Below, piece after piece: positions 31,375 through 41,558 of a stretch of 64,000 nucleotides of DNA. The stretch covers positions 1-64,000 of IMG/VR virus record IMGVR_UViG_3300032287_003808; one strand, given 5' to 3'. Within the stretch, counting starts at the first letter, position 1. Each line of letters begins with the position of its first letter. The DNA is from a virus. The notes beneath the pieces were generated by a model that saw only the letters and a program-made list of their open reading frames with translations, was not told the origin of the DNA and searched no databases. The position numbers and the translations under genes were made by a program.

Positions 31375-32952
31375 TTAAAGAAGCCAACGAATATCTTCCT
31401 CTCCTCCATACGGATTATCTATCTTCCAAGGGTTAGCTTGTACCCCTTGAGTTGAATATCCTCCAGCAAAGTTTTGTTTTGTAGTTGACATACTTTGAAG
31501 CATACTTTTAGTTAAATCTATCCCATGTTGTTTAAATTTAAGTGAAGTATCTCTCATGAATTGACCTATAGCAAAAGACATTACTAAATCATCATTGTAA
31601 CCTGTTTGAGCTTCAGCTTTACCATTTTTCCAAACAAATACCTTCATTTCTTCAATTAATCGTTTAGATTGTATTGTTACACCTCTATCAGATAATGCTT
31701 CTTGAAATTTACCTATACATAGAGGTCTAGTTCTTGTATTCATTGTAAAACCAGGTACCATTTTACTAGTATCCATATACTCAGAAAAATAAGTATCAGC
31801 TGTTAATTCACCACTTTTTGGAGAATAATACAAATTTTGATATCCCCTTTCAATTATAGTTTGGATAGTAGCCCATCCAATATTTGCATTTTCAACAACT
31901 AGCATAGCATTATTATATTCAGTTGCTATACCAACAAGTAAATAGCCAAATTCTTTAGTACCAATTTGTCCTTTATATTCACCTATCTGTGTGTTAGTTT
32001 CAATATCTAAAATATGAAAAGCAGAATGGTCTTTACCATCACCTCTAGCAACGTCTGCTATAATCATGTATGATCTAGTATAATCTGCTGGTTCCCATAT
32101 CCATAAATTTTTGTCTGCTCCTCGTCTTTCAAGTGGATCTCTAATATACGTCTTCTCATAGAATTCTAAGAATTCAGGATAAAAAACAACATCACCAGAT
32201 GTACTAAAATCACAATCACATTCTTGAGCTGCTAATCTAGGATCACCTAATAACTCATTTTGTCTATCTCTCCATGATTGGTCACGTTCAGGGTGTACCA
32301 TCCATGGTAATCTAATAGGTAAAAAATCATTTTCTTGATTTTCTGCTCTAACCCATGTTTGATGAAACCAGTTACCGGTACCATATGGAGTAGATAATGC
32401 AATACATCCACCACCTGTTGCTAAGGTTTGTTGTGCTGATGCCCATATTTCACCGATGTTCTCAATAAATGCTGCCTCATCAATTAGTAGTAATGATACT
32501 GCTTCTGATCGTCCTGCATCACTTGATGCTGATGTTGCTTTTATCTGTGAACCGTTATTTAATCTGAGGGTTAGTTTGTTATTTTCTTCTGATGGTATTT
32601 TAAGCCAAGATGGTAAATTTTCATACATGAATTTTACCTTTGTAACCATGTTCTTAGCTGTGTCTTGTTTAGTAGCTATACATAGTACGTTTTTATCTTG
32701 GTGAAAAGTCATCAACCATAAAGCATACCCTGCTCCTAATGTTGAAATACCTAGCTGTCTAGATTTAAGTATTATCGAATATGGGTTATCTCTCCATAAA
32801 TGAAGTACTTTTTCTTGGAATTGGTAAAGATTAAATTGAATTCGCCCACGTTGTGGGTGCTGAATAAAACAATATTTACGCATAAAGTGTGCTGGATCTT
32901 GGGCGCACTTAATATATTCTTGGCGTATTATTTGTTTTATGTCTTGACTCAT
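31375..32952 (-). CDS. terminase large subunit (T4 gp17-like)
   Basis: 'LKSRQLGIST' Walker A, 'LLLIDEAAF' Walker B, 'LSTPYG', nuclease 'ADVARGDGKD', 'DDLVMS'. Confidence 0.95.
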   Translation of the reverse strand: MSQDIKQIIRQEYIKCAQDPAHFMRKYCFIQHPQRGRIQFNLYQFQEKVLHLWRDNPYSIILKSRQLGISTLGAGYALWLMTFHQDKNVLCIATKQDTAKNMVTKVKFMYENLPSWLKIPSEENNKLTLRLNNGSQIKATSASSDAGRSEAVSLLLIDEAAFIENIGEIWASAQQTLATGGGCIALSTPYGTGNWFHQTWVRAENQENDFLPIRLPWMVHPERDQSWRDRQNELLGDPRLAAQECDCDFSTSGDVVFYPEFLEFYEKTYIRDPLERRGADKNLWIWEPADYTRSYMIIADVARGDGKDHSAFHILDIETNTQIGEYKGQIGTKEFGYLLVGIATEYNNAMLVVENANIGWATIQTIIERGYQNLYYSPKSGELTADTYFSEYMDTSKMVPGFTMNTRTRPLCIGKFQEALSDRGVTIQSKRLIEEMKVFVWKNGKAEAQTGYNDDLVMSFAIGQFMRDTSLKFKQHGIDLTKSMLQSMSTTKQNFAGGYSTQGVQANPWKIDNPYGGEEDIRWLL

Positions 32953-32955
32953 ATA

Positions 32956-33384
32956 TTATTTAATTGAAAATAAGGTAATTAAAGCTATTAAAGATCCTAA
33001 AAATCCTCCACTAACCCACTTAATTCCTTTTTTCAAATTGTTGTTTTTATTAGTCAAATCAACAACATCAGTTTCAAGACCTTTAATTATAGTATCTTGA
33101 ACAGCTGTTAATTTTTCATATGAAGCAGTCTGTTTAAGATAATTTGTTTCTTTTTCAACATAAATAGTAATTACACTATCTTTAGCATCTATTTTTTCAT
33201 TTAATTGCCATATCATTTTATTTACAAGCTTTAATTCAGCAACAGCAGAATCACCTCGTGTAAGATCAATAGCAATAGCTTTTACTTTATCATGAGAAAA
33301 ACAGATTTTATCTGTAACGATCTGTGAAAAACTGTTCAAGCTCAGAGTTAGAAGCACTAGTAAGATCTTTAATTTTGTTTCCAT
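32956..33384 (-). CDS. signal-peptide coiled-coil membrane protein (spanin-like)
   Basis: N-terminal hydrophobic signal, central coiled coil, C-terminal hydrophobic segment; overlaps upstream gene by 77 bp. Confidence 0.45.
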   Translation of the reverse strand: METKLKILLVLLTLSLNSFSQIVTDKICFSHDKVKAIAIDLTRGDSAVAELKLVNKMIWQLNEKIDAKDSVITIYVEKETNYLKQTASYEKLTAVQDTIIKGLETDVVDLTNKNNNLKKGIKWVSGGFLGSLIALITLFSIK

Positions 33385-33664
33385 AGTATGTGCGTGTTTG
33401 TTGTAACTCTTGTTCGGTTAATTTAATTTCCGTATTTATAGAATCTATAAAATTTTCTTGTTTTTTAAGAGTAACATTTAAAATATTTTGTTCATTTTTT
33501 AATGAATCAATATTATTTTTTAATTTTTTAATTTCTTGTTTTTGTATATCGTATTTTGAAGTATCAACGATAGAAGGACGAAAGAATAGAAAAATTAATA
33601 ATAACAAAATGATCGCACCCATAATTAGGTGCGATACATTAAGTTTTATAGTTTTAGTTCTCAT
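33308..33664 (-). CDS. membrane-anchored coiled-coil protein (i-spanin-like)
   Basis: N-terminal TM 'LIMGAIILLLLIFLFF' followed by heptad coiled coil. Confidence 0.5.
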   Translation of the reverse strand: MRTKTIKLNVSHLIMGAIILLLLIFLFFRPSIVDTSKYDIQKQEIKKLKNNIDSLKNEQNILNVTLKKQENFIDSINTEIKLTEQELQQTRTYYGNKIKDLTSASNSELEQFFTDRYR

Positions 33665-33667
33665 GAA

Positions 33668-34600
33668 TTAGTATCCTAATTTATCAATTTTTTTCTGAAG
33701 TTCACCCTCTAACTTATTGATTCTTTTAAGCTCATCAAATAACTTTGCTTTTTCGCCTTCATCTTCAGTGTCTTTACGTTTTTGGGCTATTTTTAATCTT
33801 TCTTCTCCAGCTTTTTTAAGAGCTTTTAAAAGAGCATCTTTATCATTTGACATTTTTTCTAGCTTACCTCCACCACCAGAAGCAGCTTTATTAGCTTTAT
33901 CTTCACTGCTTTCTTTAGCTTTAGGTTCAGGTTTTTTAGGTTCTTCTTTAGCTTTAGGTTCTTCTTTTTTAGGTTCTTCTTTAGCTTTAGGTTCAGCTTT
34001 TGCAGGCTCTTTCTTAGTTACTCCTGAGTCTGGTAATGCTGTTTTTTCTTTAGGTTCGCTAGGTGTTGTTTCTTCTCCTTCAGGTTTTGTTCTAGGGCCT
34101 TTAGGTTTATTTGATTTATCTAGGAATGGGCTAAAGTCAATTAATTCATTACCGGATTTATCTGTAAACATTTGATCTTCAGGTCGGTTTAAGAATTTGC
34201 GAATTTCTTGGTTGTTGAAAGTAGCTGTATCTACACCATATTCTTTACTTAGAGCATTAGTATCAACTGTACCTTCATCTTCTAATTTTTTAAGTAATAA
34301 GTTAAGTGCTTTACTTTTAGAAACTCCTTCTTCTCTAAATTGATCTAGAGTTGATTTAAAACCCTCCATATCATTAATATCATAGATTGGAGTTTCATTT
34401 AATAAATCCTCTTCAACAAAATCTACTGGGTCATCAGCTGTTCCTAATTTTGGGTTTTTAGTAGTTTGTCTTGCTTTTTTTATTAGCTCCTGTTTTTTAG
34501 GATCATTTAGCATTCCTGGGTTTTGTACATCTATAGTTGATTCATTAAGGAGGGAAGCTATCTCTTCACGTATAATTTCAAGTAATCTAGATTTTTTCAT
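33668..34600 (-). CDS. hypothetical protein with LIKEE-type leader and EPKAK low-complexity repeats
   Basis: starts 'MKKSRLLEIIREEIASLLNE'; 'EPKAKEEPKKEEPKAKEEPKKPEPKAK' repeat at about 33915-34015. Confidence 0.6.
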   Translation of the reverse strand: MKKSRLLEIIREEIASLLNESTIDVQNPGMLNDPKKQELIKKARQTTKNPKLGTADDPVDFVEEDLLNETPIYDINDMEGFKSTLDQFREEGVSKSKALNLLLKKLEDEGTVDTNALSKEYGVDTATFNNQEIRKFLNRPEDQMFTDKSGNELIDFSPFLDKSNKPKGPRTKPEGEETTPSEPKEKTALPDSGVTKKEPAKAEPKAKEEPKKEEPKAKEEPKKPEPKAKESSEDKANKAASGGGGKLEKMSNDKDALLKALKKAGEERLKIAQKRKDTEDEGEKAKLFDELKRINKLEGELQKKIDKLGY

Positions 34601-34613
34601 TATTTAAATTTAT

Positions 34614-35153
34614 TTATAAATATTGGAAACTTATTACCTGTTTAATTTGTTGTATTCTTTCTTCAGTAGTGCCTGAAATGTAATGTAATTTTTTAAATTT
34701 ATGAGGGTATTTATCTAGTAAGCGTTTAATGTTTTGATCAATTTCCATTCTATATTCAGGATCAATTGTTCTAACTCCATTATCTTCTATTTCTACACCT
34801 TCAGGTGAAATATAAAATATGTAATTATATTCCATAATTAAGTTAAGTGCTAAATCCTCAAAATGATCAGATACAAAATATGGGATTGATTTAGCTGCTC
34901 TAGTAAAAGCCATAACATCAACTACAGTACGATCTGTTACAATTTTTTCACACATTAATTCACTAGCACGTTCAGCTAAAAATACAATTTGACCCTTAAT
35001 AGTTGAATCTGTATTTAATGGGATTCCTAAATCTCTTAAGTATTTTGAACGTTCAGTTACAAAAGTATAATCTTTAAATTCAGGTAATTCTTTTAACGCA
35101 TTAACTAATGTAGTTTTACCTACAGACATTGTTCCACAAAATCCTATTTTCAT
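34614..35153 (-). CDS. NadR/AAA_28-like P-loop nucleotide kinase
   Basis: 'KIGFCGTMSVGKTTL', 'VTDRTVVD', 'IEDNGVR', 'GTTEERI'. Confidence 0.75.
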   Translation of the reverse strand: MKIGFCGTMSVGKTTLVNALKELPEFKDYTFVTERSKYLRDLGIPLNTDSTIKGQIVFLAERASELMCEKIVTDRTVVDVMAFTRAAKSIPYFVSDHFEDLALNLIMEYNYIFYISPEGVEIEDNGVRTIDPEYRMEIDQNIKRLLDKYPHKFKKLHYISGTTEERIQQIKQVISFQYL

Positions 35154-35155
35154 AA

Positions 35156-35389
35156 TTAAAATCTAGCTTTAGCACCTCCTGATTTATACCATGGCAATCC
35201 ATCGCCACCTTTCTTAGCTGCTTTCCATTCAGATTCAGTATATTTCATTCCATTAATGTAATATTCTTTTTTCTTCATATCACCTTCAGGAATATAAGCA
35301 GGTCCTTCTAAATTATGCATTTTACCATCTAGGTAATAAACAACTGTTCCGTCAGCGGAAACTAATTTTTTGGTTTGAGTATTTGACAT
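35156..35389 (-). CDS. small hypothetical protein with 'GKMHNLEGPA' repeat-type motif
   Basis: 77 aa; 'YYLDGKMHNLEGPA...EYYING' resembles the G.LHR.DGPA repeat unit common in large viruses. Confidence 0.55.
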   Translation of the reverse strand: MSNTQTKKLVSADGTVVYYLDGKMHNLEGPAYIPEGDMKKKEYYINGMKYTESEWKAAKKGGDGLPWYKSGGAKARF

Positions 35390-35412
35390 AACTTTTTATT
35401 TTTTGGTTTACC

Positions 35413-35444
35413 TAAATATATGAAAAATATATTAAAAAGCCAAA
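35413..35444 (-). promoter_or_regulatory. Bacteroidota sigma-A-like promoter
   Basis: TTTG (35444-35441) - 20 nt - TATATTTA (35420-35413). Confidence 0.65.
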
Positions 35445-35446
35445 AT

Positions 35447-35683
35447 TTATTGGATCTCATTAACATAAGAAATAAACTCAAGAATAATATTTTTATGTTG
35501 AGAAGAATTTTTAGCTGTTTCTTTTAGCATATTATGTAAATCATGTTCTCCTTCTTCTAAAGTAGATGTGATAGGTTTTAAAACAGACTCTACAACTTCG
35601 TATTCTCCATCATCACCATAATCACAAACATCATTTAAATAAAGATTAATATATTCTGTTAATTTATCTTTTGATAGTTTCAT
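35447..35683 (-). CDS. hypothetical protein
   Basis: 78 aa ORF overlapping upstream gene end, fills the gap. Confidence 0.5.
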   Translation of the reverse strand: MKLSKDKLTEYINLYLNDVCDYGDDGEYEVVESVLKPITSTLEEGEHDLHNMLKETAKNSSQHKNIILEFISYVNEIQ

Positions 35684-36146
35684 AAATGTATGTTTTAATC
35701 TTTTTAAATACTTCTTGTAATTTACTTAATTGGCTATTTAACCATTTCAATCGTTGACCAAATCTTTTACCTCCCATTGGAGTCTCAATATTAGACTCCG
35801 GGATATATTTTAATAGCGGTTTAATATACTCATTTCCTGCTAAAAATATAAATTTGTTTTTATTAGGATCAATACCACGTTGTTTCATTTCCCTATAAAC
35901 TTCTTCACCCCATTTTTCTTTTTCCTCTTTATTAAAATCTTTTAGAGTTAAATCATATGGTTTTAATTTTTGGTCTAAATTAACTAAATGATGTTTAGCC
36001 GATAAAATATACATCTTGTCAGGCTTAAGTGTTTTACCATACTCTAATGTTTTTTGAAACATAGGAGATGCTGAATATAACTCTTGAGCTGGTGCTTCGT
36101 ACGGAGTTTTAGATTTGGTACAACTTAATAGTACTACTGTTGCCAT
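35664..36146 (-). CDS. DUF6884-like protein
   Basis: 'VVLLSCTKSK..APAQELYSASPMF..YILSAKHHL..KPYDLTL..FLAGNEY' pattern. Confidence 0.65.
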   Translation of the reverse strand: MATVVLLSCTKSKTPYEAPAQELYSASPMFQKTLEYGKTLKPDKMYILSAKHHLVNLDQKLKPYDLTLKDFNKEEKEKWGEEVYREMKQRGIDPNKNKFIFLAGNEYIKPLLKYIPESNIETPMGGKRFGQRLKWLNSQLSKLQEVFKKIKTYIYETIKR

Positions 36147-36166
36147 TAAATATTTTATGATAAATA

Positions 36167-37201
36167 TTAATAAGTTTGTATCTCTTTAATAACGTTTCTC
36201 TTTAACATTAAGTTCATATGGATTCTAAAACAATTCATAAAATCTTGAGATAACTCAGGATATTTTCCTATTAACGTTGGTAAGAAATGATTAAATGTTG
36301 TTGAGTGATTTTGTGTAGAATGTATATGAACATGTTTCTTCATTTGTTTCTTTAAATAATTGTAATTTTTATTATTTGAACGATTCTGGTTCAGTTTGTA
36401 AAAATAATTAAATAAGTAGATTAAATACGATCTTGAAGATTCAAACTCCATATTAGCTAAAATTTCTTTAGCTAAATTAAGATTAGACTCATCTTGACTA
36501 GTCACCATATTAAGGATATTTTCAAAAACATCCTCATCTATAGTTAATCCTTCATTTACAACATCACTTATATTATGGTCGAATATAATTTTAAGATTAT
36601 AATTTTCTACTATATCAAACATGTTTAGGAAAAAATTCGTATTATCTGCTGCTTTTTTATTTCCCCAATCGTTAGTTACAAGAGTACATTCTATTAAAGG
36701 GTATGTGCTTATTATAGATAATTTAGAATCTAGATTAACTAAATCATTATAATCTTCATTAGATACAAAATAATGAGTTATTTTTTCACCTGCTACCTCA
36801 TCTATTTTATAATAATTTGAAGAGTTATTTATATATTTTTTAAAATATGAATCTTTTAAAATGACTTCTGGTGGTACTATATAATAATTGATTAGTTTTT
36901 TAGTGTAAGAAGAAGCTACAAAATCATGATTTATAATTAATGTATCTATCTTATCTAATTTCCTTGCTGTTTTTATATTTAGTTTATTTTCTTCTATATA
37001 ATTTTTTAATTTATATGGAGGAAATTCTGATAAGGGGGTTAAATAAACTGTTGTGTTATCTTCTAGCTTATTATTTTTATTTAGTTCATACAGTTCTTGA
37101 TATTTTTTTACTTTACTTTTTTCTACATATCCCTTTATTGTAGTATAACCAATGTTTAAGTGGGTTTTATTATGACCTAATTTTAAAAAAGTTCCTACCA
37201 T
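36167..37201 (-). CDS. hypothetical protein, third gene of MoxR/vWA cluster
   Basis: 344 aa, immediately downstream of MoxR-like ATPase. Confidence 0.55.
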   Translation of the reverse strand: MVGTFLKLGHNKTHLNIGYTTIKGYVEKSKVKKYQELYELNKNNKLEDNTTVYLTPLSEFPPYKLKNYIEENKLNIKTARKLDKIDTLIINHDFVASSYTKKLINYYIVPPEVILKDSYFKKYINNSSNYYKIDEVAGEKITHYFVSNEDYNDLVNLDSKLSIISTYPLIECTLVTNDWGNKKAADNTNFFLNMFDIVENYNLKIIFDHNISDVVNEGLTIDEDVFENILNMVTSQDESNLNLAKEILANMEFESSRSYLIYLFNYFYKLNQNRSNNKNYNYLKKQMKKHVHIHSTQNHSTTFNHFLPTLIGKYPELSQDFMNCFRIHMNLMLKRNVIKEIQTY

Positions 37202-37203
37202 GA

Positions 37204-38385
37204 CTATTTACTTAAAAATTTAATTAAAACTTTATCTAACATTAACAATTTAAACGCAGATGAATTTCCATTATATATTGATTTTACAATATTATATTTT
37301 AAATCCACTGCAAATAATTCTTCATTCATTAAGAATGATAACCTGTTAATAATTGGTTTTTCAATTTTATTATCTTTACTATAATATAAACTATAGTTAA
37401 TAAGTCGAGTTGATAAAATAGATGCTAAATCGGCTCTATAGTCTTTATCTTTCCCTATAACTCCTTTTAAAGTATTAAGTACATACTCTTCACTTTCATG
37501 AGTTAGTATAGTTTCAGGTGAAATAATCTTATCTAACTTATTATTAATGAACATTGTGAATAATGTTGTAAATTCAGGTCCAACTGATCCTTCTCCAATC
37601 ATTTGAATTAGATATAGATTATCATCAAATGAAGAAATAGATGAAATTGAATTAAAGAATGTTGTGATGCTTCTTGAATTAGTGTCTGTTGAAACTAATT
37701 CGGGATGTTTTAATAAGAAGTTAATACATCTGTTATCAATTTGAGCATTTTCAGCCCACTCACTCCAACATTTAATATCAAATTTTAAATTAACCGAAAT
37801 AAATCGTGTTTTTTGGGCGTTATCAATACTGTTAACTAAATATTCTCCATTATCCGGATTGGCGGTTAATATGATGTGCCAATCTTTAGGTAGAGACCAA
37901 CTGATATACTGTTGTCTATCTATTAGTTCCATAACAGCTTGTATGAACCTGATGTCTGCTCTATTCCAGTCATCTAATAATAAGATTCCACCATTTGATT
38001 TTCCACTAATCCACTCAGGTGGACAATAACTCATTCGATTTTGGCCTGTGAATTTATAACCTAATTTGGTATATTCTTCTACAGCATGTTCATCAATCCA
38101 AAGACAATCATTATCTGTTTTGCAAACTTCAAATTGTCTAATTGGAAACCCTACTAAATCTCCTAATTCTTCGATTTGGGCTAAATTCAACTTTACAAAG
38201 TTTAAATTTAACTCATTAGCTAATTGAATGATTGTTGATGTTTTTCCAATCCCAGAATCACCAATAACCTCAGTTGCTACAGGCAATTTACCATTTGCTT
38301 GTAAGTAACGATTGTTTGAAATGATGTGGGTTAGGAATTCTTTTGCCTCACTGATGTTCAGTGAAATTTGTTTACTGTTTGACAT
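37204..38385 (-). CDS. MoxR-like AAA+ ATPase
   Basis: Walker A 'GDSGIGKT', 'GDLVGFP', Walker B 'ILLLDDWNRA', 'IILTANP', 'AQKTRF'. Confidence 0.8.
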   Translation of the reverse strand: MSNSKQISLNISEAKEFLTHIISNNRYLQANGKLPVATEVIGDSGIGKTSTIIQLANELNLNFVKLNLAQIEELGDLVGFPIRQFEVCKTDNDCLWIDEHAVEEYTKLGYKFTGQNRMSYCPPEWISGKSNGGILLLDDWNRADIRFIQAVMELIDRQQYISWSLPKDWHIILTANPDNGEYLVNSIDNAQKTRFISVNLKFDIKCWSEWAENAQIDNRCINFLLKHPELVSTDTNSRSITTFFNSISSISSFDDNLYLIQMIGEGSVGPEFTTLFTMFINNKLDKIISPETILTHESEEYVLNTLKGVIGKDKDYRADLASILSTRLINYSLYYSKDNKIEKPIINRLSFLMNEELFAVDLKYNIVKSIYNGNSSAFKLLMLDKVLIKFLSK

Positions 38386-38406
38386 AACTCTTATTTTTAA
38401 TTTACC

Positions 38407-38438
38407 TAAATATACTAATCTAATTTTGGAGGGCCAAA
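38407..38438 (-). promoter_or_regulatory. Bacteroidota sigma-A-like promoter
   Basis: TTTG (38438-38435) - 20 nt - TATATTTA (38414-38407). Confidence 0.65.
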
Positions 38439-38439
38439 C

Positions 38440-39648
38440 TTAATCTTGAATTTTGATCACGTTACCCCATCCATTTTCTTTAACAATATCTATTTGCTCC
38501 CCATTAGAACATATTACGGTTAACATGGGTTTAAATGTATTAAATGTTTTTTCTCCTATGAATCCATCAGTTAATACAATTAAACTACTATACTGTCTAT
38601 GTTTATTTATGTACTCAATAAATGGATTCATATCTGTGCCGCCTCGACCCGTAACAAACTCAGGCATTTTACCTTTATATTCATAAACATTTTTAATATC
38701 AGCATCACCTTCAGCTATAGTTATAGTAACACCGGTTTTGTACATATGATATATTTCATTGAAAAATTCTATCAGGTCACTTTCCCTTACTGATCCTGAA
38801 GTATCTACACCTACTAATACATGTTTTTTAGGTTTGATTTTTAATGCTGGGTTTTCTTCGTAGCGTTTGTTTAGTTTGCGTCTTGTCTTTTTAGTGTAGA
38901 TTTTAGATGAAGAGCCAAAGAATCTTCTAAAATAAGACTTCCAATCATATGAAGGAGGAGTTATTTCAAACATATTGTCTATATAATCTTTTAACTCACT
39001 AGGAACAAATCCTCGACCATTATCTTTTTGGCCTTCAACAATACTTTTTATTTGGTGTCTAATTTGAGACGCAATTAATTTTTTATCAGCTTCAGACAAT
39101 TCATCAAATTCTTTCCATGTTGGATGTAAACTACCTGCTTCACAACCGTGAGTACCTCCAAAACTTGGATCACTATCTAACATAGCATTTAAAGTAGGAC
39201 TTGTTCCATTCTTTTTAGCTTGTGATAGCAATTCATAATATACTTTTGTACCTGCTTTTTCTGGTAGTTTTAATTCAGGGAATGTAGATAATAATAAAAT
39301 GTCCTTTGATGGGTATTGTTCTGGGGTTAGGTATTGATTGATTTCTAAATCTGCAGCTATATTATGCAATTCATGGTCAGGGAACCATTCTCTATCTTCT
39401 AAATGTTTAAAACAAATATGAAGTAATTCATGTTTAAGGAGTCCTATTTTCTTTTTATCTGTATCTAAAGAACCCCAAAACTCTTCATTAACTGCTAATT
39501 GGTAGTTTATATTATTTTTACAAACACCAGCTGTAGGAACATCTTTTCTTACTACTTTATTTAATGTTGAAAGAAAAATACCATAAAATGGTTCACTTAA
39601 CATTAACTGTTTACCTATACGGCCAACATCTTCTAATACATTTGTCAT
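38440..39648 (-). CDS. metallopeptidase-vWA protein (DUF2201-like)
   Basis: 'HELLH...NIAADLEIN' zincin motif; C-terminal MIDAS 'VDTSGSV', 'GRGGTD', 'LTDG'. Confidence 0.85.
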   Translation of the reverse strand: MTNVLEDVGRIGKQLMLSEPFYGIFLSTLNKVVRKDVPTAGVCKNNINYQLAVNEEFWGSLDTDKKKIGLLKHELLHICFKHLEDREWFPDHELHNIAADLEINQYLTPEQYPSKDILLLSTFPELKLPEKAGTKVYYELLSQAKKNGTSPTLNAMLDSDPSFGGTHGCEAGSLHPTWKEFDELSEADKKLIASQIRHQIKSIVEGQKDNGRGFVPSELKDYIDNMFEITPPSYDWKSYFRRFFGSSSKIYTKKTRRKLNKRYEENPALKIKPKKHVLVGVDTSGSVRESDLIEFFNEIYHMYKTGVTITIAEGDADIKNVYEYKGKMPEFVTGRGGTDMNPFIEYINKHRQYSSLIVLTDGFIGEKTFNTFKPMLTVICSNGEQIDIVKENGWGNVIKIQD

Positions 39649-39664
39649 AACTTTTATTTTTCTT

Positions 39665-39696
39665 TAAATATAAAAAAGGCCTCTTACGAGGCCAAT
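39665..39696 (-). promoter_or_regulatory. sigma-A-like promoter overlapping terminator
   Basis: ATTG - 20 nt - TATATTTA (39672-39665). Confidence 0.5.
39672..39693 (-). terminator. intrinsic terminator after flavoprotein gene
   Basis: GGCCTC-GTAA-GAGGCC followed by T6. Confidence 0.8.
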
Positions 39697-39698
39697 TT

Positions 39699-41054
39699 TT
39701 ACAATAAACTTTCTGCTACATAAATTGCTTGCGCACCTGACACTGTAATGCCGCGTGCGCTTAAAGCATCACCTACAAAATGTACATTTGGGTAATCAGT
39801 TAATGCTAGATTTTTATAATCTACTTTAACCTCAGGTGATAGATATTTTACTTCAGGAATATACATACCCCAATCATCTCCTAATGTTGGGAATACTTTT
39901 TTCATATCCATGATAAAATCCATAACATATTTGAAATAACCACCCATTGCAGGTTCTACAACATGAGTTAAAGTATCTAAACTAATTTGTTGTGTGCTTA
40001 CCCTATTACCTTCAGATGTAGTTGATGGTTGACGAGATGGGCTATAATATAATCCAGTTCTAATACCGTTAGGGGAATCTAAGTCTATTGGAAAAGGGGA
40101 TGAATATTGTATTTTAGAAACTACTTCACGTGACCAAGTAAATGGATCTTCAATACCATTGATTTCCATTAATATACCAAAGTTAGTCATATTATTTCTA
40201 TATGCTTCATCTTTTTTAGCGTGACCATTATATGAATGATCTCCATATGTTTCCTCTACAGCAACATAAGCAGCATTATTGTTTGTACAGAATGAACGTA
40301 ACGATACTCCTTCATCATCAAATTTTCTATATAACTTAAAGTCATATGAAATATCGATTAGTTTTTGAAAATGTTCTTGGGGTGCTTCAAATCGAACTCC
40401 AATTTGTACTGATTTGGGTTCATCCGGTAGTTCATATTCGTTTGCTAATTGTTGGGCAAAATCAATTCCTGATTTACCTACTGCAAATATGAGTTCATCA
40501 TATATAGTTCCTCCAGGTCCTAATTCAGGATAATTTAAGTTATTTATGGTTAAATGTTTTTTATCAAATTCAATGCTTGTTACTTTACATTCCCATAAAA
40601 ATTTAACGCCTTTTTCAACTAAATAATCGTACCAATTTTTAGCAATTTCAGATAAATAATCTGTTCCTACGTGCCATACAGGAAATAAACGTAAACCAAA
40701 ATATGGTTTAATAAAATCAGGTTCCTCAACAGGATTTGAACATTGTACTTCTTCAGGTTTAGGGTGGAAACGTTTAAAATTGGTAATTACTTGATCCATC
40801 AATTCCATTGCTTTTTCCTCACCACAATATTTAGATAATTGACCTCCAATTGCTGTATGGTATGTTAATTTACCATCAGACCAACCTCCAGCACCTAAAA
40901 ATCCTGTCATTACCTCTTCAGGTAAACGTTGGTATGGATCTTTACCCATATCAACTATTGTGATAAGTTCTCCAGGATAACCATTATCAACTAATTTTGT
41001 TGCAGCATTTACGCCTGCTACTCCAGCTCCTACTATTACTACTCGTTTATCCAT
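39699..41054 (-). CDS. FAD-dependent oxidoreductase (uncharacterised flavoprotein family)
   Basis: Rossmann 'VVIVGAGVAG', 'GFLGAGGWSDGKL', 'IGVRFE', 'RSFCTN', 'PEVKYLS', 'VGDA...RGITVSG'. Confidence 0.85.
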   Translation of the reverse strand: MDKRVVIVGAGVAGVNAATKLVDNGYPGELITIVDMGKDPYQRLPEEVMTGFLGAGGWSDGKLTYHTAIGGQLSKYCGEEKAMELMDQVITNFKRFHPKPEEVQCSNPVEEPDFIKPYFGLRLFPVWHVGTDYLSEIAKNWYDYLVEKGVKFLWECKVTSIEFDKKHLTINNLNYPELGPGGTIYDELIFAVGKSGIDFAQQLANEYELPDEPKSVQIGVRFEAPQEHFQKLIDISYDFKLYRKFDDEGVSLRSFCTNNNAAYVAVEETYGDHSYNGHAKKDEAYRNNMTNFGILMEINGIEDPFTWSREVVSKIQYSSPFPIDLDSPNGIRTGLYYSPSRQPSTTSEGNRVSTQQISLDTLTHVVEPAMGGYFKYVMDFIMDMKKVFPTLGDDWGMYIPEVKYLSPEVKVDYKNLALTDYPNVHFVGDALSARGITVSGAQAIYVAESLL

Positions 41055-41512
41055 TCTGGTTTATTATTTAATTTTCTCCAACCTAATTTTTTAACTTTTA
41101 TTTTATCGTTAATATAAAAATTTTTATATGATTTTATAGTATCTTCTAATTTAAATTCGTCAGGCATACATCTAGGAGGGTCAACAAATCCATTATCGGG
41201 AATATTAGGTTCGTTAACTTGTAACCATTCAAGTACATCTTTTGTTTTATGTTTTTTACCATATCGTTTTTCAAATTCATCACAAATTTCTAATCCATGT
41301 TGAATTAACCATCTATAATGTTGTATAGATTCTCTTACCCATTTTGCCGATGGGTGATTAGTATGGGATTGTTTATATGGAGCAGTTGATCCATTTACCC
41401 AATGAGCAGTACTACACATTTGTGCGCTTTCTATCTGCATTTTTCTAATATGATCATCAGCCAACTCACGAGCTGCTATAATCGGATCTTCATTAATGTA
41501 AAATATATTCAT
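41039..41512 (-). CDS. pyrimidine-dimer DNA glycosylase-like protein (DenV-related)
   Basis: 'MNIFY...AA..LADDHIRKMQIESAQMCSTAH', 'HTNHPSAKWVRES', 'PPRCMPDEFK'. Confidence 0.75.
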   Translation of the reverse strand: MNIFYINEDPIIAARELADDHIRKMQIESAQMCSTAHWVNGSTAPYKQSHTNHPSAKWVRESIQHYRWLIQHGLEICDEFEKRYGKKHKTKDVLEWLQVNEPNIPDNGFVDPPRCMPDEFKLEDTIKSYKNFYINDKIKVKKLGWRKLNNKPEWINE

Positions 41513-41526
41513 GACCTTTATTTTCT

Positions 41527-41558
41527 TAAATATATAAAAAAAGAAGGCCTAATCCAAA
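41527..41558 (-). promoter_or_regulatory. Bacteroidota sigma-A-like promoter overlapping terminator
   Basis: TTTG (41558-41555, the terminator loop) - 20 nt - TATATTTA (41534-41527). Confidence 0.6.
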
